Assembly: GCA_965637545.1 (NCBI GenBank)
Contig: OZ281494.1
Span: 33,852,001 to 33,916,000 of the forward strand
Direction: 5' to 3'
DNA from: Phallusia mammillata
Lineage: Eukaryota
Length of the DNA stretch: 64,000 nt
Shown here: positions 23,937 through 35,400 of the stretch, piece by piece
How positions within the stretch are numbered: the stretch's first letter is position 1
Layout of the letters: each line of letters starts with the position of its first letter
The notes under the pieces: model-generated
Database searches by the model: none
What the model was told of the DNA's origin: nothing
What the model saw: the letters and a program-made list of their open reading frames with translations, nothing else
Made by a program: the position numbers and the translations under genes

Positions 23937-25860
23937 TTGTTTATTTAAAGGAAGAAACATTAACAGTATTAATTACTCCTACCTAAATCTCCAATGTGCT
24001 TTGACAAATCTTTAACTTTTTAATGAAGAAAATATTTGTAACTTATAATTTTCTGTACATAATAATGTAATAAGTGGTAAATTTAAAGAGAAAACGGAAA
24101 AACGGTATTTTTAAGGCAGTTTCCACAAATACCAATGTGTCCGATCTAGGGAGATTCAATGCCACGTGTTATTAACACCTTCGTTCTTAAAATACCGATC
24201 TCGGCAATTAACTTCATTAAGGCTCGCGATTACTACTTACAATATTCACAGCCAGTTGTAATTTGATCGCTAAGTCTGGTCTTCCCCTCGCCTAATAGCT
24301 GTTGATTTGGTTTGGGTTGCACCATGGAGAAAAGATATACGATTCGGACGATAGAGTTTCGGTCATGGGATTATTAACACCATTTAGTTTTGACAAATCA
24401 CCATGACTAGCACGTCGATGTCTGTTTGTATTATTTGTTTGGTTTTGTATGTAAAACAAGATGTTGGGTTTTGCTTTAAACATTTATGATGATGGTTAAA
24501 TATGGCAATGACCTTTCGCTGCTGGGTACATGTCTTAGCCGGCGATTTTTCGTTTACCAATCGGAGATTTATTGTTAAATGCCAATAGCCTAAGTGTTAT
24601 TTTAACCCCTCTTTGACAATTTCGTCCATGTTTTTTTTTCAAAAATCGATCTTTTGTGGACAAAAAATGTACAGAAGCGCGTTATATTGAAAAACAGAAA
24701 CAAATGAATCACTTCGTATGTGGACATAGGTACACGTAGCAATAAATAATTAGGACAATTAAATTTTAAATAGCTTACTCAAAAAGTTTCAAAGAGCGAT
24801 ATATACTTTATCTTACAAATGTTTGTAATTAGTTCCCTTGTTCAAATACCGATCGAATACAAAAAGTTGTTTTTATTGTCTCTAAACTCTGAAGGGAGGC
24901 AAAACGCCGAGAATGTATCATCGCTTTAAAATGTTCCATGAGTTAACCAACTTTTTCCGATCCTAAGCTCAGTTCGCACGCGATTGAAAGTTCGTCACAA
25001 AACTTTTCAGAGGGGGTAGGTTCTTGCTGCCTGAATAACGCTCGTTAAAATCAACTGAAAAACATTTTTTCAACGTCTGTTTACGCTGGAAGACACCAAA
25101 TCGCCATAAAACCTCTTCCCTTTGTCGTAAAACAATCAGAAACAATGGTATCGCGTGCTGCCAGTTCCAAGTCATCAAATATTTCTTCAGGCAAAAGTCA
25201 GTGGTGGCATTACATGAAAAAAGTTTAGTTAAACCTGCCACTGCGATGCTGACCATTAAACTACTTGGCACGCAACACGACCAACGCAGAGATGTTCCGT
25301 TAACTTCGGGTTTCCGCCGTTGATTCGGTCTGTTTGTGTCGTTAAATTCACGGCGCATTTTGACACCAGAGTCTTGCATATGATTAAGTACGCAAATGAA
25401 GGTTCCAAACAACAATAACAGAAGATACGCAAGTCAATTCTGCGATGTTTTTCGTTTCCACCCAGTCATTTTATTATTTTATGTGGTTTTGGCCGACGTT
25501 TACGCCCACAGTAAATAAGGCTTGGGTGACCTGAAGTGGCTGATTCATGTGGTAATGTGAAAAACAAATACCCATTAGAATTTGCGCAGTGTTACACTTC
25601 TGCGCCTCTTTCATGCAGATTTTATATTTCCACCCTTAAGCTCAGTCTTTTTAAATAATACTGATTTACCAGCACAATCATTAAAACTGTAAAGAAGTTT
25701 CACAACCATGAGTATATATTTTTCTTGCTTTTGTGGTAAATTTTAGAAAACATTTTAGGCATCCGCTATCAGTGTGTCAAAAAGTTGTAAGTTGACCCCA
25801 ACCTGATTTCCTTTCAATAAAACCCGAAATGTTGATAAAACAGGGGCACAAATAACGTTG

Positions 25861-25948
25861 AGTGTATAAAGTCGGACCCAAATTTAGTCCGTTTTATTAA
25901 AAGTTAAGCCCAAACCTGACCGGAAAAACTCGACCCGTCTTACAACTA
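25861..25948 (+). repeat. ~90-bp dispersed mini-element, copy 2
   Basis: AGTGTATAAAGTCGGACCC...TTAAGCCCAAACCTGACCGGAAAAACTCGACCCGTCTTACAACT, aligns with 8604. Confidence 0.65.
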
Positions 25949-28900
25949 TGTTTAGTTGAATAACCTTATGAAGAAATTCGATTTTCGAAAGCTAACTAGG
26001 CTTTAAACAAGGCAAAAATGAGAACCTGTGTTGTATAAGTAAACGTAGAAATTACACTGGCCTGATTTCCATCGACAGTTATTAAGGCTTGAAGGGTGTT
26101 ATTTCACTCGAGGTGCCGGAAGCAGCGATTTCCCTATATTGCAACAATGCATTGTTCGAACGCGCAAGCACGTGTTTTAATGTTCCGTTTGATTATGACG
26201 TCACAATGTTGAACGCGCTGCTTTAATCAGACGTGATGTAACTTTTTTACGGCGCCTGTGTTCGAATATGTCGAGTGCCAATTAATGTGTGCTTCAGTGA
26301 GGTATATTTTTGATTGCTGTGTTTCAGATACAGGAGCTAATCGGTGAGTGATGGATTATTGTGTTGATCATCAGAAACAACAACAGAGAGATGAATATTA
26401 TAGTTGATAGTGAGTTTGATATCAGCTACTTCAGACCTATTACCAGTGATTTATCGCAAAATAATTACCTCTTTATTGCAATGATTTGCAAACTGTTAAG
26501 ATCACAGCACCCATTGCAGGCTAAAAATACAAAAACATGTCTTTGGCAGCACTTATGTTAAATTCATCGGGTCGGCTGTCTTCATTGGGCACAGGTTTTT
26601 TTAAGGTTTGGTTTGGGTGACCGCTGAGTAGTTTTAAGAGACCTCAAGTGTTTCATTTAAATACCAAAAAATAGCCATATTTGCTTAAATAGCCATTTTG
26701 GGAAACCGCTGGAGAAATTTGCACCTTAAAAAAAAACACTGATTGGGCATGCTCTATTTAATTTAAGGTTGGACTGTTGTGAATATATCCTGTCCAAGGG
26801 TTAAACCATAGATAGACAAGTCAATTTATGTGTTTCATTTTGTAGCTAAAGCACCTCGACAAAACTATTGTATAGTGATACTTAATGGCAATTGTTTTCT
26901 TAGTAAATTGTAAGCCGTTTTCTCCAGTTCCGTACCTTGTATGCTTAGTAAACAGACATATACTTAATCGCCCAGCTAATATATCATGATATTTGGCAAC
27001 ACAGACCACCATCACCAGTTGATGGGCGCTTGAAAGTCAATACGCTATAGCTGCTATTGTTCATTATGCATGGGTAAACACCAGGGACATATGAACAAAG
27101 CGTTGCGTTATACCCGATGTATTGTTATCAAACTGATTCTAGTTACATTACGCGGAGTGGGAACTTTTGATGCGCATTAGGCGTTCAAACGTCATATTTG
27201 TGACCAAGAGGGTGCTTAAAACTGATAATGTGTAAATCAGCTGTTGTTTGGTTTACCTGTGATTTTTTACTTATCTGCTTCTGATTGCCAAACAGAGCAT
27301 TTTGGTTCTCTAGTTTGAAACAAATAAGAGACTATCTTGATATGACTAGTGTTAAAATCAGGATCAGAAAATGTCTTGTATCGGCACTTATTTTTCACTG
27401 AAGGCTTTGGAGCCCGTATTTCATGGCGTCTTTTTTGCTATGCGCATTTTATGGTAAAATCAAAGGTGTGTATTGTTAGTGGACCGTGAAAAATGTCGGT
27501 GTTATTTCTATGAAGCATGAAGCCAACTGTATAAAATCGTACCAAGCTCTTTGTCCTAATGTAGACAGTTCGTCTGCAAAAACACACAAGTTTGCAGTCG
27601 TTTTCCGATTCTGCGGTACTATTGTGATGTTTTATACTGTTTTTATTGTACAGAATCGAATTTCATACAATATAAACCGAATTTGACAATGGTCTGGTAA
27701 AAAATAGTTTCAAAACAGTTTTTTACACTGTCGGTTGTAACGCGAAAAATGGTATGTTGCAAAAACTGATAACAATCAACCACTTCAGCTATATAGGTCA
27801 AATCAATCACTCCATAGCTATTTCACTAATGCAGAGGGCATCAAGTTCGCAATCAACACAATCTTGTAGCGGGTTCATTCAAGCACGAAATTCCAATCGT
27901 TTGTTATCTATTCTAGAATCAAGTATCTGTCGACGCCAAGTGTTGATTGTGACGTCAACAAACAGGGCAAATTGCCCACTCAAGCGGCTATCGCAAAGAA
28001 AAGCGAATTCTTTTGAGCTAATTAATTGGCCATGTTAAAGGCCATTGAACCTTCGGTAAGATGCGATTAAGGCGATTTCAAATGAAGTGGAAATTAAGTA
28101 CGGACTTTTGTGGTAACAAGTGGTAAAATGTAACAGGTTGTGAGTTTTGTGGTATTTTGTTTTGTAGGGCGATTTTTAAAGTGGAAATCATCCCATCCAA
28201 CATTTTTTAGGTTTTAAGTTTGACATGTTTTGTACTGAACGAAAAATGTACTTAAATACTAAAACAGGGTGCATGCTTATTTTTTCTATTTGTTCTAGTT
28301 GTCGAGGTGACTTGGTGCAATAACCGGAAAATGTAGTTTTAAATCATTAAAAGTCCCATGTTAATGTGTTTCAATGTGGTACTTTAATTTTTTATTAGTA
28401 TTTTAATAGATTTGACAAATCTTAGGGCCAAAAACGTTTTGAAGCTCGCAATACGAATTCAAACATTGAAATAACAACTTAGGGGCAGTCTTGGAGTTTG
28501 CGTTAAGCGTTCAACCAAAACAAGACTGTTTTTCAAAGCTTTGCAATTTTGCTACCACCTCAAGTGTGATTAATTGCAGCGTGCAAAACCGCCAAAGGAG
28601 TGGTTTACGCCAAACTATTCCCACAAACACAAGCGCCCGTTAAATCTTCCAAAATGCTCGGGGCAGCGGCTGTACACGCCCGGTTGCTAATCCAAAACGC
28701 TGTTTCAACAGCCTATGGTCTCGCTCAGTTGGAAAAGGAAGGAAAAAAGGCCGAAAAGAAATACAAAGGAAAAAATCTGGGAATAATTTAGCGTGGGCGT
28801 TAAGATTGAGTCTGACATGAGTCTAGTGTGTCGAACTCGTATAGCCTGTAGTTTTAAGGTAGGCTACCAAATGCCTGTACAGCGGAAGCCAAATGCCTTG

Positions 28901-29058
28901 TCAATCTTTTTTGCACTTTTGAACGCTTTTTTGACCAGAGTTTGACGTCACTGGTTGCCGTATCTAAGCAATGAAAGTTAATGAACTAAAAAGGTCAGTC
29001 AGTTGATCGCGTTTTTCGGTTGCTAGAATTTTGTGCTAAAATTTCCCTTTTATCAGGG

Positions 29059-29267
29059 TATATAAAGGAGTACTTAAGAGCTAATGAGATAGTGGTACAA
29101 TGTACTGCGAGTAGTGTAAGGAATAAGCCTGGCTGAGTTAAAAGTCTGTTGTCAGTCTAGTTGCGTTGCTGCTTCGTTGAACAAAGACTTTCGTCGGCGT
29201 TCAGATTACGCCAGCAAGGCGAGACACGGTTTACAGGTTGTAGCAGACAGGAACACGACTTACAAAG
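29059..29267 (+). promoter_or_regulatory. Candidate TATA box and non-coding first exon of the LDLa gene
   Basis: TATATAAAGG at 29,059-29,068; strong donor AAG|GTGAGA after 29,267; a matching acceptor with branch point (CTGAC..TTTTGTTTGCAG) ends at 32,225, upstream of the ATG. Confidence 0.4.
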
Positions 29268-31404
29268 GTGAGACGAGCGACGTCCACAGTTCTGTCTCAT
29301 TTTTTGTTTGCCCACGAGCCCAAGCGGTTTATGTTATTGCCTACGTACGTGAAAAGGGCGAATTTTGTTGCACAAGATTTCAATTTTCTTGACCAAAACA
29401 TGCGGAATTTGATGTTTTAGGTTTGTGCTAACATCGTCAAAATAATGAAGAAGTTGGCAATTGGACATGTACTAACCTGCGCAATGATTAGAAGTTGGTT
29501 GTATACATTTTACTAATCGCAAAAGCTAGAGCTAGGTAATTCGTTTTTGAACCCAAAAAGTTTCGGTGTTTGTTGTGTGACCCTTTTACAGATTTTTTCA
29601 GAGTTTAGACGTTGAACTTTCTCTGCAGTTTACCCCAGCAAGAATGCAATATTTCGATCCTATGTCAACATTTACCACATACCATGTAATATCGACCTTT
29701 GGTTTGACTATAAACGCACAGTCATACTTATTGTCAAGCATTTGCCGCGAAGTGCATTAAAGTAGATGCAAGAGGTGCAAAATATCACGGAAGGGGTGAT
29801 GAGAACAATACATTTGATTGATCCGATTCTGATTGGCCGTATTTCATAGGTTCCGCTTTGGTCGTGCTGGTAAACAAAGTTGCATTGCAACCTGAGGTTA
29901 AAAGGCCGCACGTGAAGGTGGTAACGCATATTATGAACGGAAGTACTTCACCGCTTCCTACTTAAGTGGTGAAAACAGGTCCCCAGTACTGCGGCTATGC
30001 TATGCAAGGACAAATTCTGGTTACCACGACCTTTGACGGTCCAGTTTTTTAATCTAGGCCAGTTTATTCTGTTTTGCTCGGCTCAAATTAAAGCGTGAAT
30101 TCCAAATTTGCAAGATATTAGTGTTTTTTTACGTTTAAATCGGTTTAAACGAACATCGTTTAGCACAATTAAACATCAAGTAAAAGTTTTAAAAGGTCTG
30201 CATTGCATAACTAGTTGACTCAATTGTCATCAATAAAACCCCAAATTGTTAAAAATTGCGTGATGATTAAGCGTTGAAACCTTGTCCAGAAACCTGGTGT
30301 AGATTTGCATGTAGCTGTGACCTTTTTCTTATGACCGCGTCGGATTTTTTCTACAAACTAAGGAAGTAAAGAAACGTAATGCACGTGTAATGATGCCATA
30401 AGTGTGTCAAACTTGCGCATAGAAAGTGTACTGTTAAAGACCAGGGGAATTGCCAGTGTGTCTATTTTTGCCCCAACCCCGAAACCGCTACAGCAAGCAA
30501 ATGATAAAGTGCGCAATACCTCCAGTATACAGGCTAATACAAAAGTTAATAATTAACAGTGTATGGTGTAATTGTAGTGAGTGCGGCCGTCGATCTCACA
30601 TAACTGTGGAGCTGTTGGCCTAAGGCTGGTTAAACAAGATGCTTCTCAGTAAGATTGAAGTGTGAAATTTTCGCGTTAAGGACTTGCCTGCCTAAGGATA
30701 AGAAGTTATTATTTTTCACATGTTACAAGCGTCTTGAGAACAAAACAAGGGCATATTGTTAAGTAATAAAAATTTAGAACAAAAAGTATTGAGACTGTAG
30801 TACTAGGGTATAAAAAATGAATATAAAGTGTGTCTGGATCAAATTGTTGGGTAAAAGTAGCCGTTGTTATTGTATTATTGTGGGGGCAAGGTTTTTATTT
30901 ACTAGTCTTGTTCTAAATTGGGCTTTAAAGTACTGTTTCTTAACCTGTTAACAATTGCTTGAACATAAAAATTAGCGGAGTCAGTAAAAGTGTAAAATAA
31001 TGAAAGAGAAAAACAGTTAAAAAATGTAAAAACGTATTAAACAATGACCAGGTCAATTCGGTGCGTCGTAGTGTCGTTGTAATTTGCATTTATCAGCAAA
31101 ATTCGCTGCGTATTTTAGTTCCGGCCGCACTGACGCATTTTCCTGTGCGTAACTGACCAAGTTTTGGGTGCTCTTGCCAAGATGCAGTTTGCCGATAACG
31201 CCTTCTTGCAGAACAGCGCACGCATTGGACATAGAAGTCAGGTTTTCGCTGGAATTGACACACGTAGTGGTATTGGTACGACCGCCGCGCAGCCTAGGGC
31301 CAATTTGCGTAAGTTTCAACTTTTTGTTGGGAAAAAAGCTCTCTCTAATGAATCGTTGGGATCAGTGATTCACTGTAGATTTTTTTCACTTAAACGCGCC
31401 ACTG

Positions 31405-31414
31405 CCATATAAGG
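31405..31414 (+). promoter_or_regulatory. CArG box (SRF site) CCATATAAGG, possible alternative promoter
   Basis: Exact CC(A/T)6GG match within a CpG-rich stretch 0.9 kb upstream of the ATG. Confidence 0.3.
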
Positions 31415-32313
31415 GAGAGAGAGCGGACAAAAAACGACGGCGCCTGAATTAAAACAAGTCGCATACCTGAAATAGCTCATTCTAGTGAAATTGTTCGCTG
31501 TCTGCGCACCGTGAACGCAGAAGGTACACCAAGGATTTAAACACGACATGCGGGTTTCTGATACCAGAAACGCCGCAAAGCAGCCCGCGTAGCCTGGGAT
31601 GGTATTGATTGGTAGAGCTTGTATCCAAGCATATCATTTGCTGTATTTTGTGTTTAGCGATGTTTAATGAGTGTTTTTCAACAGTAGTGCAAATGTCAGC
31701 TCATAGAATGTAAAGTTTGACTGATCCTTGCATTTCAGAGAAAATTATATGCTTGAAGTATACACATGCTGTATACAGAGGGTGGAAATTGTCTTGCCAA
31801 ACACACCAGCGTAAATTCAGAGCGTGTTCAGTCAGCTTACAACAGTGTGTTTGCACAATAAACAATATTATCTAAATTTTCTTTTTAAACTTGTAAATTT
31901 TTCGTTAGAGCAAATATTTTCGCTGCTTCGCGGAACCCAAGTTGCACGAAAAAGCTTTTCAATAAATGTTTGCAGTCAAAGGTTAAGCGCCGGTCAGTTT
32001 GAATGCGAGTTAAGAGGTGGAGTTATTCTATTCAAAGCAGATGTAAGGTTGCAAGCCTCAGCTATTGAAATGTTGACTGTATTTGACGTACTTAAACCAA
32101 TTGAAAATGAATGCGTGTCCTCGAAATTGGGGTCAACATTAAAAACCTGATTATTTTTGTTCGGGTTGGTGGTTTTGTTTTCAAGAGCAAACTTGTTTAA
32201 CTGACAGTCATATTTTTGTTTGCAGCGATATCAATTTAGCTTAATTACTAACGAAACGACAACTGTATTGTCTTGCTGTATCTTCGTTACTACTTCAACC
32301 GACGAAACATTTT

Positions 32314-32401
32314 ATGGAAATCATGACTTTTAACACAATTTTTGCAATTATTGTCCTTGCCCAAATATTTTCCTTCACAAAAGCTTTGCCTTTAACTGAC
32401 G
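32314..32401 (+). CDS. LDLa gene first coding exon, signal peptide
   Basis: [29 protein letters not shown]: hydrophobic core and a TKA-LP cleavage-like site; donor G|GTAAGT. Confidence 0.85.
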
Positions 32402-35400
32402 GTAAGTTTATTATTATTTGACGCAATTTTTTATTGTAACAAACTTTAAGCATTGAATAGTTAGCAATTTTATAAGTTGTGTTTTCGCGTCTATTTATAA
32501 ACTAACTACGTGCAAAAGTTGGACTTTCACAAACACGTGCGCATGTCAATATTCCAAGCCTTAAATTATTACGTTTGTGGTCTGGTGTCATTGGTCTGTG
32601 ACATTTATTATGACCCTGTACACATTATAGTTACTAAATATTGCTTCCATTCACTTGCAATTCGAAAAACCACCCAATGGCTATCTGCCACCCAATTACG
32701 GCTAGCTGCATCTATTGCACCGATGCCCAGTCCAACTGTGACGTCACTGGAGGTACCCCTACGTCAATCAATGACGTCACAATACAGTAGTGGCGAGTGT
32801 ACAAGCCTCAGTATAGTTGTAATATGTGCTTAATTTTTTTCGTGTTTTGCTTTCAGATTTGTCCTATGAATATTCAATGGACGATGAACCTTCGATGTCA
32901 GCCAACACTGGCGGAGATTATTACGGATACGATTATTCACAACCGGAACCGGGCAAGTACAGATGCAGAGGAGTCATGATTTCGATCGAGTACAAGCATT
33001 TGTGCGATGGCAACCCTGATTGTGACCAACTTGACGATGAAGACCCTGTAGTTTGTAGACGTAAGTTAGACGTAGACTCGTTTGTTTTTTGACGTGCTGT
33101 GTTTTAATTTTGAAGGGCGCAATAGTAAGTTTAAAATTAAGGTAAATTACGTTGTAAAAGAACCTCCAAAAAAACTAAACTTGTCAGTTGGTAATCAGGA
33201 ATAAAAAAATTTCGGAGATTTTGTTTCTAATAGTTGAAAAAAAAAACAGTTGATAACAAATTTCAGTTGCCTTTTACTTAAAGGCACCTTCAAATTTTTT
33301 AAGTTATTTCGGAGCTTTTTGGATGTATTTTAGTTAACCTTGTCATTTTTTTACACAGAATACATTGACATGCCAAGCACCACTGTCAGTCCTTTGGCTC
33401 CTGCGTCCATAGAAACAACAACCACGAGCACTGCGGTGCCCACTACCGACGAGTTTGACATCGCTGTGTTCGATTATTCTGATGTGGTGTGTGCTGATGA
33501 TGAGTTTCAGTGCAAAGCAGACCCGGGTGTCTGTATGCCAAACCTCGTTATTTGCGATGGAGAGAGTGACTGCTCTGATGGCGAGGACGAAACGTTCTGT
33601 GGTGAGTTGGATTACGAATTTTTTTATCATATTTGTTTTTAAGTTTAAACGGTGCTTGGGGTTGCCTGCTATAAAACTGTTGTAATTTTGGCAGCAAATT
33701 TTAGAAGCAGCTTAAAACGCGGTCTAGAACTGAACGTATGGATTTACGCCTACGAATACACTGGCAATATTACTTAATGCATGTATAAGATTTCTGTATA
33801 TTGGGCTATTGATTTCTATGTTTTATTTTTGTTGCTTTGCCTGCTTTGCATGCTTCACCCAGTCACGTGCCAATGTTTCGACCAATAAGCGCGCGCCGTG
33901 GCGGAACAAAATTCGGTTTTGTATTACGCGCGTCCTGCTGTAAAGCCATTGTTACGCAACCAAGCGTCAGTTGTTACGTCAGAATGAGTGTTGTGGAACG
34001 CATGTGTGATGTCACAGTCGGAAGAGGATTTGCAGAAAAAGCTTTAAGCAGGTGAGAGAACAATGCAAGGAATGAGTGTGTGGTGGGAAGTCGTTATAAC
34101 GAGCTCGCTGTTATAACGCGACGGGCGCGATTCGAGATGAAATCGTGCCTGATTGTTCCGCCATTGCGCGCATGTTTTAATTTCAAGCATTTTATTTGTT
34201 GTTTTTGCACGTTCATGACACCTAGTGTCGAGCACTATCACTCATCTTTCGCTTTTTGTTACAGCTCCTCAACTTGTTCATCCAAGTATTCTCCCTACGC
34301 CGAGGATTCGCAATCACTTTGAGCCTCCGACCGGAGAGAGCTCCATGAGAGGATCAATGAAGTCGAGAGGAGCGATTGAAAGTAATGAGCATCCGGACTC
34401 TGTGTTCCGCATCGGACAGCCACGTCACTCCTCTCCTCCCACTAATTCTCCTCCCCCTCCTCCGAGCTCCGCACAAACTGTCGCCACTACTCTCTTTCCG
34501 AATATTATCAAGCGAGTTTTACACCGAGCTACTCCACCTCCTGTCGTGCAAATGTCGGAGGTGAGGGAAGTTAATGCCGAGCCTGAACGCCTAGGCTTTG
34601 AAGCTGTTCACCGCTACATTCCGATGCCGGAAAAATCCCAGCCTCCTCCCCGGCGTTTTCTCGGCGAATCCGGGGAAACTAATCCCGATGACCACGAGCC
34701 CAGTCTGCAACAGTTATCAGACGAAGAGGCTGAAGACTTCATGAATGCGGCTCTTGAGCAAGAGACCCGTACATTGCCTACGACAGCTGTATCGCCCAAC
34801 GCTCTGCCGGCTAAGCCTTCAGTACACAAAGCCAAGGTCCGTGGTCTTATGGGCCAGCTGATCAAACAAATGGGCCGACTGATCGCAACCGACTTGGAAA
34901 ATCGGGACATTGACTTGGATTTAAAAATCAGCAGTGCGAGGCCCAGCAATGGACGGACTTTAAACGATGAACCGCGGATGATTTTGAGATTACAGATAGA
35001 AGTTTAAACAACAATCCAACATTGTGTTGCTGATGCCTATAGCATGCACGGAGTGAAATATAGCGAAGCATAGAGCTATATAAGGAGGCTGGGAGAGGAA
35101 AAGAGCCTAGTGGTCTTGGCATGCCAGAGTTGTTTATTACCTCAGCATATTTACTTGATTATTACCTCGTTTCTTCATCTTGTTGTTTTGTCCGCATTTT
35201 ATTCTTCTCTCTCGTTTTATCCGAACCGAAAACGTCAGACGTTACTGTTTTACGTGTTTTTCTGGCATTTTAGCCAGCGGTGGTAGAGCCCGAATTGTGG
35301 CTTCAAAAGATAGCATTTAGACTCGTTTGGTGGTTGTCGCTTTAGTCAATACTTAGTATCAACAAGCACTGTTTGTTTGTTTTTTTTAAACAACATACCC

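Noticed and set aside
24969-25415. 148-aa minus ORF
   Set aside because: No recognisable domain, and neighbouring frames are stop-ridden; cannot be supported as coding.
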